From: a virus
Lineage: Duplodnaviria; Caudoviricetes
DNA: 58,642 nucleotides
Virus record (IMG/VR): IMGVR_UViG_3300034683_000065
Coordinates: 1 to 58,642 of that record
Reading direction: 5' to 3' (one strand)
Shown here: piece after piece, positions 26,281 to 36,384 of the stretch
Numbering within the stretch: position 1 is the stretch's first letter
How the letters are laid out: the number at the start of each line of letters is the position of its first letter
The notes under the pieces: generated by a model
What the model was told of the DNA's origin: nothing
Seen by the model: the letters and a program-made list of their open reading frames with translations, nothing else
The model's database searches: none
Position numbers and translations under genes: made by a program

Positions 26281-28257
26281 TTGTCTTACATTATCCTCGA
26301 CATAGAGGCTACCAAAGTTCCTCACCACAACCCGTGGCACAAGGACTCTTACCTTTGCTCCGTAGGTATCCTAGATAAAAACGGAGTCTTTCACTCCTGG
26401 GTGTTTAACCACAGGACTGAGGCTGTTCGAAATGAACGGCTTATGCTGTGCGAAATCCAGCGTATGCTGGACGAAGCACACATGATTGTCGGGCACAACA
26501 TTAAGTTCGACCTTAACTGGCTAAAGACGGTCGGCCTTGCGTGCAGTGACAAAAAGATTTGGTGTACCCAGGTAGCAGAGAACCTCATACAGGGTCAACG
26601 CAAAGTCGGATACAAACTTGACCAACTCGCACAACGGTACGAGGTAAAAGGAAAGCTCGACCTTATGGCTGAGTTCTGGTCTAGTGGATACGAGACAGAC
26701 GAGATTCCTTTGAGCGTACACCTGCCATATCTTGAACAAGACCTTCGGACAACACGCGACATTTTTCTTAGGCAGCTGCCTATCGTGATGTCGTCAGGAC
26801 TTGACAAGTTGGCAGAGCTTACGTTCGAAGTCACGCAGATTCTCAGCGACGTTGAGACGCGTGGTGTTGCGTTTGATCTTGACAGTGCTACCAAGTACAT
26901 TGACGAGTACAAAGAAAAAGTAGAGCAGCTCAGCAACAGAATGCAAGCGGTGGCTGGTATAGAGTTTAACCCGAACACTCCAGCTCAACTATCAGCAGTT
27001 CTGTTCGGCGGCTCTTGGAAAATTGACGGTCGTGAAACGTACACTGTCACGCTGAAAGACGGTACAGTAAAAGAGAAGTCTAGAAAGTGTAAGGTAGATC
27101 TTACAACTGCTGGCCTTGGCTTTGTTCCTCCGCAAGGCTGCGTGTCCAAGAAGACAGGCGCTGCTAGTGTGGACAAGAACGCGCTCAAGCTCATTGGTGC
27201 TAAGACCCCAGCGCAGAAAGATTTCTTGCAGGCCCTTATTGAGTACAAGAAAGCAGCAAAAGTTTTGTCTACGTTTGTCAGTGACACAAACGATAACGCA
27301 GGTCTGGTATCTAAGGTTGGTAAGGACGGGCGGATACACCCAACGTTCAACCAAACAGTAACAGCTACCGGAAGACTGTCGTCGTCAGACCCCAATGGTC
27401 AGAACCTTCCTAGAAAGGGTACGTCACCAATCAAGAAGGTTTTCTACGCCAAGCGTGGTGTCATCGTTAACCTTGACCTCGGACAGATAGAGTGGAGAAT
27501 GGCTGCTGAACTCAGCCGCGACCCAGTAATGCTGTACGAAATCAAGAACAACGTCGACGTGCACGCTGACAACGCGATTAGATTCTTTGGCGCCGGTGAG
27601 TTTGACGCAGACTCAGAGGAGTTTAGCAAGCTGCGCACTGCTGCCAAGGTCATGACTTTCCGTCTTCTGTACGGCGGTTCGGCTAATGGTTTTTACAGAG
27701 ACCAGAACATGCCGAGATACTCGCTGGCTAGGTGGCGTGAAATCGTGGCTGCGTTCTACGAAAAGTACAAAGGTCTCGCTGCGTGGCAGCAGAACAACGT
27801 ACTGCGTGCGAACAAAGACGGCTACCTGCGTAATCCCTCTGGCAGATTCCTAACGTTCGAAGAAGAAACAACTTGGGAAGGCCTGACAGAGTTTTCGCAG
27901 AAGCAAATTTACAACTACCCTGTGCAAAGCTGTAGCGCAGACATCATGTATCTTGCAATGTATCACGTGAACAAGCGTGTGAAAGAAGCTAAACTCAACG
28001 CTGACATGGTACTGCAAGTGCACGACTCCATGGTCTTCGACTGCTCTAAAGAAGACGCACGGAAGCTGTGCGAAGTAGGCATCAGGACATTTGAAGAATT
28101 GCCGAAGCTTGCCCGCGAGTACTTCGGCTGGGAGATAGACGTTCCACTGACTGGTGACGCAGAGATCGGGTACAACTACGGTGCTACCAAGAAGTGCCCT
28201 GTCGAAAAGTGGGACGAAATCTTTAGTAACCTAGATGGTTACTTGACAGCCAACTAG
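26281..28257 (+). CDS. polA: Family A DNA polymerase with 3'-5' exonuclease
   Basis: DIEAT, HNIKFD, TATGRLSSSDPNGQN, DLGQIEWR, RTAAKVMTFRLLYGG, QVHDS. Confidence 0.95.
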   Translation: MSYIILDIEATKVPHHNPWHKDSYLCSVGILDKNGVFHSWVFNHRTEAVRNERLMLCEIQRMLDEAHMIVGHNIKFDLNWLKTVGLACSDKKIWCTQVAENLIQGQRKVGYKLDQLAQRYEVKGKLDLMAEFWSSGYETDEIPLSVHLPYLEQDLRTTRDIFLRQLPIVMSSGLDKLAELTFEVTQILSDVETRGVAFDLDSATKYIDEYKEKVEQLSNRMQAVAGIEFNPNTPAQLSAVLFGGSWKIDGRETYTVTLKDGTVKEKSRKCKVDLTTAGLGFVPPQGCVSKKTGAASVDKNALKLIGAKTPAQKDFLQALIEYKKAAKVLSTFVSDTNDNAGLVSKVGKDGRIHPTFNQTVTATGRLSSSDPNGQNLPRKGTSPIKKVFYAKRGVIVNLDLGQIEWRMAAELSRDPVMLYEIKNNVDVHADNAIRFFGAGEFDADSEEFSKLRTAAKVMTFRLLYGGSANGFYRDQNMPRYSLARWREIVAAFYEKYKGLAAWQQNNVLRANKDGYLRNPSGRFLTFEEETTWEGLTEFSQKQIYNYPVQSCSADIMYLAMYHVNKRVKEAKLNADMVLQVHDSMVFDCSKEDARKLCEVGIRTFEELPKLAREYFGWEIDVPLTGDAEIGYNYGATKKCPVEKWDEIFSNLDGYLTAN

Positions 28258-28351
28258 TAGTACATATATTACTAGTACACGTAAGTACACGTGTGGTGTA
28301 ACAGCTACTACATTCACGAAAACATTACATATTCAAAAACGAGAAGATCAC

Positions 28352-28795
28352 ATGTGGTTTGTATTTGACAATCTTGAATTCAAGCGCGGCCTTAAGTCTG
28401 CGCGTACCGGCAATAGCTACGATGCGTGGGTTCTTTCTGGAACGAAGAAGGGCTTCAAGGAAACTCCTGACGAGCCTTACGAACGCAAGCTGTTCGACAA
28501 CTCTGCTGCTACTATCGTAGAGGGCGGTGTTGAACGTCCTGGCCTGTCTGTCGTGCAGTTCTTCCAGAAGGGTGTGCAGCGTGGTGACACTGTAAAGATT
28601 ACGTTTGCTCGCCGTAACAATGGTTGGGATATCGAGAAGCTGGAGAACCTGCGCTCTTCCGCAGCTGCTCCTTACGAGCCTATCACTGCTGAGCAAGCAG
28701 CCATGCTTCGTAACTCGAGCAGCGCACCTGCTGCGTACGAGCCTGCTACTTCGGCTTCGTCGCCAACACCTCCTTGGGTTACCGCGTCTAAGTAG
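28352..28795 (+). CDS. Putative single-stranded DNA-binding protein
   Basis: Beta-rich OB-like core (GDTVKITF..NGW) with a flexible tail, located between polymerase and exonuclease. Confidence 0.45.
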   Translation: MWFVFDNLEFKRGLKSARTGNSYDAWVLSGTKKGFKETPDEPYERKLFDNSAATIVEGGVERPGLSVVQFFQKGVQRGDTVKITFARRNNGWDIEKLENLRSSAAAPYEPITAEQAAMLRNSSSAPAAYEPATSASSPTPPWVTASK

Positions 28796-28951
28796 TCTGT
28801 GGATTAGTGCGAGCTTAGCTGTTCGCACTATCCTTTAGTGCTGCTACTTTTGCAGCAGACGTCGTGGAAGAAGTGGTGTTCTCCCCCACAACGTTAGCTC
28901 GGTAGCAGTACTAAAGGATATTAACATCCACACACGGAGATATTTTAAACT

Positions 28952-29878
28952 ATGAGTTTGCTTACGAATAACAATGGTCTCCCACAGATCATGCACGACG
29001 CGATGCAAAACAACGCGTACGACTCGGTAGGTGGATCAGACTACAGTGCAACTACACTTATCCAGAGCCCTCGTAAAGTGCAGCTTACTAAGCGACACAA
29101 GGACAAAATCCAAGAGGACATACTGGACAGGTGGGCAGCCTTTCGTGGGACCGCTATGCACAGTGAGCTGGAGCGTGGCCTCAAGGGCAATCCTCGCTAC
29201 ATAGTAGAACGTAAGTACGTGCGCTTCGACAAGCCGGAAGGCGGAACCGAAGATCAGTTCAGACGTATCGCTAGCAAGCTGGACGCCTATGACAAGGAAA
29301 CAAAGACCTTGTTCGACCACAAGACCACTACTACTTTCATCCACGGAAAGGAGATGAAGGACGAGTGGATCCACCAGCTTAACATCAACGCGTACTTCCT
29401 CGAAAAGGAAGGCTACCCAGTAGACGACATTTGCATCAACGCGATTTATCTTGACTGGAGAAAGAACAGCGCTCGTTACAAGGATGACAAGTATCCGGCT
29501 ACCCCTGCTGCTGAGTTCCGTACTACGGCTTGGCCCATGGAGTGGCGCGAAAAGTTCTATCTCGACAGGCTTGGTAAGCACGTTGCCGCAGAAACTCTTG
29601 CTGACGATGAGCTGCCAGAGTGTACTCAAGAAGAGATGTGGGAGAAGCCCGCTAAGTTCGCAGTCTACAAGCCTGGTGCAGACAGGGCAACTAAGCTGTG
29701 TGACACTCGTGAGGAAGCTGAGGCTTACATCGCTAGCAAGAAACTGTACGGTTACAAAATAGAGCACAGGCCTGGTGAGCGCACTATGTGCGAGAACTAC
29801 TGCTCGTGCCGAGACTTCTGTAACCAGTACAAGAAGTGGAAGGAGAGCCAAGAAGGCTCGGAAGAAGTACCCTTCTAG
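28952..29878 (+). CDS. Cas4-like PD-(D/E)xK exonuclease
   Basis: GTAMH, KLDAY..FDHKT, QLNINAY, C-terminal C..YC..C..C cluster. Confidence 0.85.
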   Translation: MSLLTNNNGLPQIMHDAMQNNAYDSVGGSDYSATTLIQSPRKVQLTKRHKDKIQEDILDRWAAFRGTAMHSELERGLKGNPRYIVERKYVRFDKPEGGTEDQFRRIASKLDAYDKETKTLFDHKTTTTFIHGKEMKDEWIHQLNINAYFLEKEGYPVDDICINAIYLDWRKNSARYKDDKYPATPAAEFRTTAWPMEWREKFYLDRLGKHVAAETLADDELPECTQEEMWEKPAKFAVYKPGADRATKLCDTREEAEAYIASKKLYGYKIEHRPGERTMCENYCSCRDFCNQYKKWKESQEGSEEVPF

Positions 29879-29927
29879 CGGGCCTTAGAGGAAGACGAAC
29901 ACCTCGTTAAAACGGCTATCAAGGTAT

Positions 29928-30287
29928 GTGAAGACCAGCCTGGCGAACTTCACCCCGCTAGAGTACGCGCAGGAGGTGTCTATGTTTGGACAAGGTATTG
30001 ACGCTCTCTACAAAGCTCAGACGTGGCGCGACTTGGTAGTGCCTGGGTGTGGCGTGCTTGACTATGCCGATCACCCAACCGACGTGTTCGCCGGATTTGA
30101 CTACGTTAGCAGTGAGTACAGGGACCTGAACGGCCTGCTCGTCGGCAGCGACAGCAAAAGATGCAGGCGCGTAATAGAAAACGTACGCAGGCTTTACGAC
30201 TCCCTTCCTGAGGAGCACAGAGAAACTGCGCTAAGCCTCATGCTTTTCTCTTACCAAAACGGAGCACACTTGTTCTGTGAACTGTAA
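29928..30287 (+). CDS. Hypothetical protein
   Basis: Fills the gap in the replication operon. Confidence 0.6.
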   Translation: MKTSLANFTPLEYAQEVSMFGQGIDALYKAQTWRDLVVPGCGVLDYADHPTDVFAGFDYVSSEYRDLNGLLVGSDSKRCRRVIENVRRLYDSLPEEHRETALSLMLFSYQNGAHLFCEL

Positions 30288-30299
30288 AGGAGGTGCAAC

Positions 30300-30599
30300 A
30301 TGCAATATCCTGAAAAGATCCAGATCTTCGGGCACGACATCTCGGTGGCGATCCTTGATCAGCCGCTCGGTAAGTTGCCCGACGGTCGTCACATCTGTGC
30401 TGACTTCCACATCCCCACCAACGCGATGAGAGTTTACCACAACGACGCTTACCCGTCGATCGGTGGCACGAACTTCATCCACGAAATGATCGAGGCAATC
30501 AACGCACACGCTGACCTCGGGCTGGAACACCACAAGATCACGACGCTTGCGTCAGGTCTGTATCAGGCCATGAAAAGCGGTGCGGTATCCTGGAACTAA
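30300..30599 (+). CDS. Small zincin-like protein (HExxE variant)
   Basis: FIHEMIEAIN; RBS AAGGAGG. Confidence 0.65.
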   Translation: MQYPEKIQIFGHDISVAILDQPLGKLPDGRHICADFHIPTNAMRVYHNDAYPSIGGTNFIHEMIEAINAHADLGLEHHKITTLASGLYQAMKSGAVSWN

Positions 30600-30809
30600 T
30601 CTTCTAACCTGGAGAAGCGCAGTGGAACAAAAACACTGTGCCTCGTGCGTGTGGAAGGCTGACGTTGAGGCTAGTGTACAGCCACTAGACAATGTCAGCT
30701 TCGTGTGCACGCACAGCAGCAGCCCTTACTACGGCACTATGCTTACCAACAGATCACTCTGTTGCGAGTGTTACCGCCGAGACTGGTAGCTGCAAGATAA
30801 GGCGAACCA

Positions 30810-31394
30810 ATGGCTAGAAGCAAAAAGCACAAGGGTTGCACTTTCGCTAGCACATTCGAGCAGAGGTTGGCAAACTACTTCGACGAGCAAGGCATTGCTT
30901 GGGAGTACGAACCAATCAAGATACCGTGGCAGCCAGCCGTCAGGTACTACAAGCCAGACTTCAAGGTAACGCTTCCGTCTGGTGAGCAGTTCTACGTAGA
31001 AGCTAAAGGCTTCTTTGACGGAGACGCCAGAAGTAAGATGATACAAGTCAAGGCTCAGCACCCTGACGTGGACATCCGAATGGTATTCATGCGTGGAGAC
31101 AACGTGCTTTCACGCAAAGCAAAGAACCCTACCACGTACACTGCGTGGGCAGAGCGATACGGTTTCCCGTGCTTTGAAATCGAATTGCCTAAAGAGCAAA
31201 AGAAACCAAGTGCAAAACGAACAACAAGACGAAAGACAACTCAAGAAGCAGCAAACGCTAGCGAAGGTTTACCTAAGGGTAGATCAAGAGCTAAAACGAG
31301 CAGCTCGAAAGTACCCGGATCACCCGAGCCTGGAGCACAGCCTGTGCGTAATCGAAGAAGAACTCGACGAACTGCGCAGGGAAGTGTATCTTAG
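30810..31394 (+). CDS. T7 endonuclease I-like Holliday junction resolvase
   Basis: STFEQRLA, WEYE, YKPDF, YVEAKGFF, DIRMVF. Confidence 0.9.
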   Translation: MARSKKHKGCTFASTFEQRLANYFDEQGIAWEYEPIKIPWQPAVRYYKPDFKVTLPSGEQFYVEAKGFFDGDARSKMIQVKAQHPDVDIRMVFMRGDNVLSRKAKNPTTYTAWAERYGFPCFEIELPKEQKKPSAKRTTRRKTTQEAANASEGLPKGRSRAKTSSSKVPGSPEPGAQPVRNRRRTRRTAQGSVS

Positions 31395-31536
31395 AGGAGA
31401 GTGGCGCCGGCCGCATCGTATTTGGGAAGAAGCCGTTCAGCTTGCGTGTATGTCCATCCGACTACTGGTCGAGATGGAAGCGCGGGAGAATGGTAACGAT
31501 GCTACACCTACAAAACCGGTCAAAGATTTCGGATGA
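31210..31536 (+). CDS. MazG-like NTP pyrophosphohydrolase (start uncertain)
   Basis: VIEEELDEL...EEAVQLACMSIR motif. Confidence 0.6.
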   Translation: MQNEQQDERQLKKQQTLAKVYLRVDQELKRAARKYPDHPSLEHSLCVIEEELDELRREVYLRGEWRRPHRIWEEAVQLACMSIRLLVEMEARENGNDATPTKPVKDFG

Positions 31537-31711
31537 TGACTTGCTCGTGTTTGTAGAACGTAACTACACATCTGCACAGCTGGTCGCCCTGTTGGGTATG
31601 CCAGTAGCAGACCTCTTGTCGGAAGATGAGTGGCTGTACACACAGGTAGTAAACGGACTACTCACAAACAAGATCACAAAAGATATCGAAAAAGACCAGC
31701 AAAGGTCGTAA
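31499..31711 (+). CDS. Hypothetical protein
   Basis: MLHLQNRSKISDDDL... packed ORF. Confidence 0.5.
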   Translation: MLHLQNRSKISDDDLLVFVERNYTSAQLVALLGMPVADLLSEDEWLYTQVVNGLLTNKITKDIEKDQQRS

Positions 31712-31715
31712 CTAC

Positions 31716-32021
31716 ATGTTCAATAAGATGATGTGTTACTTCAAAGGCCACAACTTTTCTCAGGTAGAAGAGTACACAGTGGAACTCGGCAAGAAGATTA
31801 CTGCCCACGTTACTATCAAGGAGTGTGCACGTTGCGGTCACAAGACTCGCCACGTTACGTTTTTCGGCACGCTTTCTCGAGACGAAGCTAAGGCAGTCAT
31901 CGACGGTGTCGACCTTACTGTATCTACTCTGCCTAAGGAAGAGATGCCAGAAGCTCTGACTCCGAAGAAGTCTCGGAAGACTGGCTCCACCAAGGAAGTA
32001 GAACCGCTCGAAATAAAGTAG
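31716..32021 (+). CDS. Zinc-binding hypothetical protein
   Basis: C.FKGH...CARCG motif. Confidence 0.65.
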   Translation: MFNKMMCYFKGHNFSQVEEYTVELGKKITAHVTIKECARCGHKTRHVTFFGTLSRDEAKAVIDGVDLTVSTLPKEEMPEALTPKKSRKTGSTKEVEPLEIK

Positions 32022-32033
32022 GTAGACAAACTA

Positions 32034-32564
32034 GTGGAGATTACAGTCACACAATTGACAGACATTGACCTAGCACGTAAGGCGTGTTCTTTCACTTCCT
32101 CAAAGGAAAGTAAGATCACCCTTGAACGGCTTGCGCAGTGTGAACACAGCCCGCTTAGGTGCATAATGTTTTGCGTGGAAATGCGAGACATCCCGACGTT
32201 TGTGTCGGTGCACCTAGTAAGGCACAAGATAGGTGTTGAACACTTTGTTAAGAGTAACAGAGAAGATCTGGCTGGGTACACCGGAGACACCGGGCGTAAC
32301 CATCCAGTTAATCACATGATGCTCATTAACGCACAAGCACTGATACAACTGGCGCGTAAACGCCTGTGCTCTAAAGCACACGCAGAGACGCAAGCTGTTG
32401 TTCGTGATATAGTAAGTAAGCTTCCTGCTGAGCTTGCTAAGTTCTGTGTACCAGAGTGTGAATACCGAGGTGGAATCTGCTATGAACTTAAACCTTGTGG
32501 ACGGGGAACTCCTGTACGGTCGCTCAGCAAACGGGCGACACAAAGTGTGGAAGATCCGCGTTGA
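32034..32564 (+). CDS. thyX: Flavin-dependent thymidylate synthase-like protein
   Basis: EHSPLR, HLVRHK.....VKSNR, RKRLC..AH.ET. Confidence 0.8.
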   Translation: MEITVTQLTDIDLARKACSFTSSKESKITLERLAQCEHSPLRCIMFCVEMRDIPTFVSVHLVRHKIGVEHFVKSNREDLAGYTGDTGRNHPVNHMMLINAQALIQLARKRLCSKAHAETQAVVRDIVSKLPAELAKFCVPECEYRGGICYELKPCGRGTPVRSLSKRATQSVEDPR

Positions 32565-33588
32565 AGGTAACGACATAGTCATCGAACACGGCACTGAGGG
32601 TGGTGTGATGCAAGAGAAGCGTCGCACCGTCCGCAGTGGAAAGAATCTTGGGCGAGCTAACGCTACAACAGCTAGCGAACAAGCTATCCGAGAGGCCGCG
32701 TCGCGATATAGTAAGTACCTGGACAAAGGCTACAGGAAGACAAAGAAAGAACTAGACGCCCTGCCTGTTAAACCAATGCTTGCCCAGTCGTTCCTTGACG
32801 CACACAAGAAGTTGCACTACCCTTGTATCACACAGCCGAAGTTTAACGGGGTGCGGTGCGTAGTGCAGTTAGTTGATGGTGAACCTTTCTTTCTTTCACG
32901 AGAAAGTAAAGAGTTCAAAGTAATGCGTACTCACAAGAAACTGTGTTCAGAGCTCAAACGTATCTTTGAACACAGCCCCGACATTATCCTTGACGGAGAG
33001 TTGTACCATCACGGCACACCTCTTCAGGATATAGTAAGTGGGGTAAAGGCTGTCGGAGATCTGACTTCAAGAATAACCTACGTACTGTATGACGTAGTCT
33101 CTAACGAAGATCAGATTACTCGGCTTAGCAAGTTGTCTAACTTGATAACCGACCTATCCAAAGACAAGCCTCTTAAGTTTGTAGAAGCTGCTCAAACGCA
33201 GTACGCAAAAAGCTTCGACGATATTGTAAAGCATCAGCAGCAATATCTGGAGCAGGGGTACGAGGGACTTATCGCTCGTAACGTTAGCGGTAAGTACCGT
33301 AAAGGATACAGAAGCCCCGACTTGCAGAAGTACAAGAACTTCAAAGACAGAGAGTTCAAGATTGTTGGTGCGACGCACAGCAATAACTACGAAGTTATCT
33401 GGATTTGTAGGTTCTTTGGTGAGCCATTCGAGGTAGTACCTACTGGTTCCTCGAGCACACGCAAAGATATGTGGGTAAACGCCGAGAAGTATTTCGGCAA
33501 GATGCTCACTGTGAGGTACAGTGATGAATCCAAACGTGGAGTCCCAATCGGAAACCCAGTCGGAATCTGCATCAGAGACTACGAGTAA
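32482..33588 (+). CDS. ATP-dependent DNA ligase with N-terminal WGR-like domain
   Basis: KPMLA, QPKFNGVRC, LDGELY, YEGLIAR, LQKYK. Confidence 0.9.
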   Translation: MNLNLVDGELLYGRSANGRHKVWKIRVEGNDIVIEHGTEGGVMQEKRRTVRSGKNLGRANATTASEQAIREAASRYSKYLDKGYRKTKKELDALPVKPMLAQSFLDAHKKLHYPCITQPKFNGVRCVVQLVDGEPFFLSRESKEFKVMRTHKKLCSELKRIFEHSPDIILDGELYHHGTPLQDIVSGVKAVGDLTSRITYVLYDVVSNEDQITRLSKLSNLITDLSKDKPLKFVEAAQTQYAKSFDDIVKHQQQYLEQGYEGLIARNVSGKYRKGYRSPDLQKYKNFKDREFKIVGATHSNNYEVIWICRFFGEPFEVVPTGSSSTRKDMWVNAEKYFGKMLTVRYSDESKRGVPIGNPVGICIRDYE

Positions 33589-33871
33589 TGGACATACAGA
33601 ACGAGTAGAGGTCCTCAAGAAGACGCTGCTCTACGGTGACAAACCAGTAGCTAGCACAGGCGTGACACTAGTTCTACTAGAACAGCCAGACGCTCTGTAC
33701 AAGCCCACATGTAATAAGTGTGGTAGTCCCGTTACAGCGTATATAAAGACTACGCACGCACCCGGGTCGAAGAGGCACCAGTATTTGTGGCACTGTGACG
33801 CAGACATCGAGCACACAGGCTTCTTTGGTTTTCTACGCGAGCCGGCGCGGGGGGAAATAAGTTATGGCTAA
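33521..33871 (+). CDS. Hypothetical zinc-ribbon protein
   Basis: CNKCG..WHC; bridges ligase and endolysin. Confidence 0.5.
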   Translation: MMNPNVESQSETQSESASETTSNGHTERVEVLKKTLLYGDKPVASTGVTLVLLEQPDALYKPTCNKCGSPVTAYIKTTHAPGSKRHQYLWHCDADIEHTGFFGFLREPARGEISYG

Positions 33872-34217
33872 GTATTTTAAGAAATCAGAATTCGCGTGTA
33901 AGTGCGGGTGTGGTTACGACGACGTGCACGAAGACCTGCTCGCGCTTCTCGACGCAGCTCGAGAGCACGCAGGTATTCCGTTCGTTATCAACAGTGGTTG
34001 CAGGTGCAAGAAGCACAACGCAGCCGTTGGTGGTAAGCCGAACAGTGCGCACATTCGTGGCTACGCTGCTGACATTGCGTGCACCGACAGCCACTCTAGG
34101 TGGCTTATCAAGCGCGCACTGTACGCTGCCGGAGCTAAGCGTATCGGACACCACGAACGTTTCATCCACGTCGACGTAGACCCAAGCCTTCCGCAGGAAG
34201 TGGAGTTCAAGTACTAG
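33864..34217 (+). CDS. Peptidase M15A endolysin
   Basis: EFACKCGC, INSGCRCKKHN, SAHIRGYAADI, FIHVDV. Confidence 0.85.
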   Translation: MAKYFKKSEFACKCGCGYDDVHEDLLALLDAAREHAGIPFVINSGCRCKKHNAAVGGKPNSAHIRGYAADIACTDSHSRWLIKRALYAAGAKRIGHHERFIHVDVDPSLPQEVEFKY

Positions 34218-34218
34218 T

Positions 34219-34749
34219 ATGACTAACACGAAAACAGCGATAAAGCTTCTTAAGTGTGTTGGTCCTTTGTGGTATGTAAGTTCTCCAATTTCTACAGGGG
34301 TACGTAAACACAGATTTGAAGAACGCTACTCTTACATTACTAACAAGAGTCTTTACGATTCTTTGTACAAGAAGTATGTAATAGAGCCTAACTGTGCGGA
34401 CGCCAGGGTGTTGGCAGAGTCGTACCGTAGTGACTTGCTGACAGTTCTGTGCCCGGCTGACTTCTATGAGCCTAGCTGGTCACAGGAAGATTACCTTGCC
34501 TTTTGGGAAGAGGTGATTACTGAGTCTGTACACACAATCGTGTTTAATGATGGTTGGGAATATTCTCACGGGTGTAATGAAGAGTTTGTGCTTGCGCACA
34601 AGCTTGGCATTAGATGTTTCGCTGATGATAACGAGGCGCTGTCTGTGGAAGATGGCTACAACATGGCGAAGCACGCTAGCCAGCACGAGCCGTGGTGGCC
34701 AGAAGTAGAAAAGAAATACAAGGAATTGATGAAGAATGTTGACGCGTAA
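34219..34749 (+). CDS. DUF4406/nucleoside deoxyribosyltransferase-like protein
   Basis: YVSSPIS ... GWEYSHGCNEE..LA..LG. Confidence 0.65.
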   Translation: MTNTKTAIKLLKCVGPLWYVSSPISTGVRKHRFEERYSYITNKSLYDSLYKKYVIEPNCADARVLAESYRSDLLTVLCPADFYEPSWSQEDYLAFWEEVITESVHTIVFNDGWEYSHGCNEEFVLAHKLGIRCFADDNEALSVEDGYNMAKHASQHEPWWPEVEKKYKELMKNVDA

Positions 34750-35215
34750 TTTGAAAGACGAAATTCTGCTGCAGAAGCTGCTTGGTCTCAGCAACGAAGA
34801 AGCCAGTGCACGTCTCGGTATGTGGTACATGTACTGTGACGAGGTTGGTGAACACATCTCTGAGTATGCGATCGGTCAGTACGGAGACTTCCCGAATGAC
34901 CCGTACACCGAGCAGACCATCGACACTCTGTGGTCGCACCTTGATCGCTACCTTGCTCGCCGTAAGACTGGTAAGCGTGGTGAAGAAGACCTCAAGCGAG
35001 ACCTGCTCAAGATCGCACACATCACGAGTGTTATCTGGGCGAAGCAGAGCGGTGTCGAGCAGATGTGGCAAGAAGTAGAAGTTAATCCTGAAACTGCTGA
35101 GGCTGATCTTGATCGGCTTCTTAGTGAGGTTGCTGACAATGTCTCCACTACTGCAGACACCGTGGACCCTGGTGTGCAGAATCTGCCCGAAGATGGAACC
35201 ACTGAATCCAAGTAA
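34736..35215 (+). CDS. Hypothetical all-alpha nucleotide hydrolase-like protein
   Basis: QYGD..., HLDRYLAR...DLLKIAH pattern. Confidence 0.5.
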   Translation: MLTRNLKDEILLQKLLGLSNEEASARLGMWYMYCDEVGEHISEYAIGQYGDFPNDPYTEQTIDTLWSHLDRYLARRKTGKRGEEDLKRDLLKIAHITSVIWAKQSGVEQMWQEVEVNPETAEADLDRLLSEVADNVSTTADTVDPGVQNLPEDGTTESK

Positions 35216-35454
35216 CTTCTTGGGCTTCTGTACCGAACAATGTAAAGAAGTACGTTACGACCACAGGTGTGACGTAGTTAAAGGTAGCAGCTAATGACTA
35301 TCGTAGAAGTTAGGTGGAATGACAGATTCCACATGACGTTTGAGGCCGACGATGTGCAGCACGGCGCTGACTATTTGTGGGTTTCTGAGGCCAACAAAGA
35401 TCCCAAGTTTATTCCGCTTAGTTCTGTGCGCTGGTTCAGCAAGAAGGTGGCATA

Positions 35455-36363
35455 ATGAATCCTGATAATGTTTGGTGTTTTCACCACACTGATGCCGATG
35501 GCCACTGCGCCGGTGCAATCGTCAAGTACTTTGTCCCGCACGCTGAGACTGTAGAGATCAACTACGGGTACAAGCCCGAGATTATCTTTGATGTTGTGAA
35601 CCCTGGCGACACAGTCTTTGTCGTAGACTTTTCGTTTACGCCCGAAGACATGCAGAAGCTGGTGCACGAGATGAAGTGTTGTGTCATCTGGATCGACCAC
35701 CACAAGACAGCCATTGAGACTCTTCACGAGTACAAGGACATCGAAGGTATTCGTGACGAGAAGTTCGCCGGGTGCGAGCTGGCGTGGGACTACTTTAACA
35801 ACGACAGAAACTACAGGCCTACTCCTGAGATCGTTAAGTTTGTTGGTAGGTACGACGTGTGGGATCACAGCGATCCTCGAGTTGTTCCGTTTAACTACGG
35901 CATGACTCTGCTCGACACTGTGCCTTCCTCGGCGGAAGCTATGGACTTCTGGGCTACGGCTTTCGAACAGAGTCCCATTGAAGTACCCACTGACGGCAGC
36001 ATGATCTCCGCTAAGTGGGGACCTGTGGATCAGGTGCTCAACATGGGCAACATCGCTATGGCGTACAAGGACGCCCGTTGCGAGTACATCATGAAGAACT
36101 CCTTTGAGTACGAACTCGAAGGACTCAAGCTGATTTGTATCAACCAGAATGTAGAAGACACTTACTCGTTCGCCTCGGTGCGTAAGCCTGAGCACGACGC
36201 AGCTGTGTGGTTCTACTTTACAGGCAAGAAGTGGAAGTGGAGTATCCGCAGTCTTAAGGACGGCATTGACGTTACTCCCGTAGCTCGTAAGTTCGGTGGT
36301 GGTGGACACGCTGGTGCGTGTGGCTTTACTACTGCTGAGTTCTCTGATTTCTTCAAGGTCTAA
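35455..36363 (+). CDS. DHH/DHHA1 phosphoesterase
   Basis: HTDADG, VDFS, WIDHH, RYDVW, GGGGHAGACGF. Confidence 0.9.
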   Translation: MNPDNVWCFHHTDADGHCAGAIVKYFVPHAETVEINYGYKPEIIFDVVNPGDTVFVVDFSFTPEDMQKLVHEMKCCVIWIDHHKTAIETLHEYKDIEGIRDEKFAGCELAWDYFNNDRNYRPTPEIVKFVGRYDVWDHSDPRVVPFNYGMTLLDTVPSSAEAMDFWATAFEQSPIEVPTDGSMISAKWGPVDQVLNMGNIAMAYKDARCEYIMKNSFEYELEGLKLICINQNVEDTYSFASVRKPEHDAAVWFYFTGKKWKWSIRSLKDGIDVTPVARKFGGGGHAGACGFTTAEFSDFFKV

Positions 36364-36384
36364 ACTTTCGGAGGTTAGCACATC

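Noticed and set aside
28952-29878. CRISPR-Cas system
   Set aside because: Solo Cas4-like nuclease in a replication operon; no repeat-spacer array or other cas genes
32482-33588. Ligase motif I KFNG instead of KxDG as a sign of inactivation
   Set aside because: KxNG variants occur in active nucleotidyltransferases and the other motifs are intact
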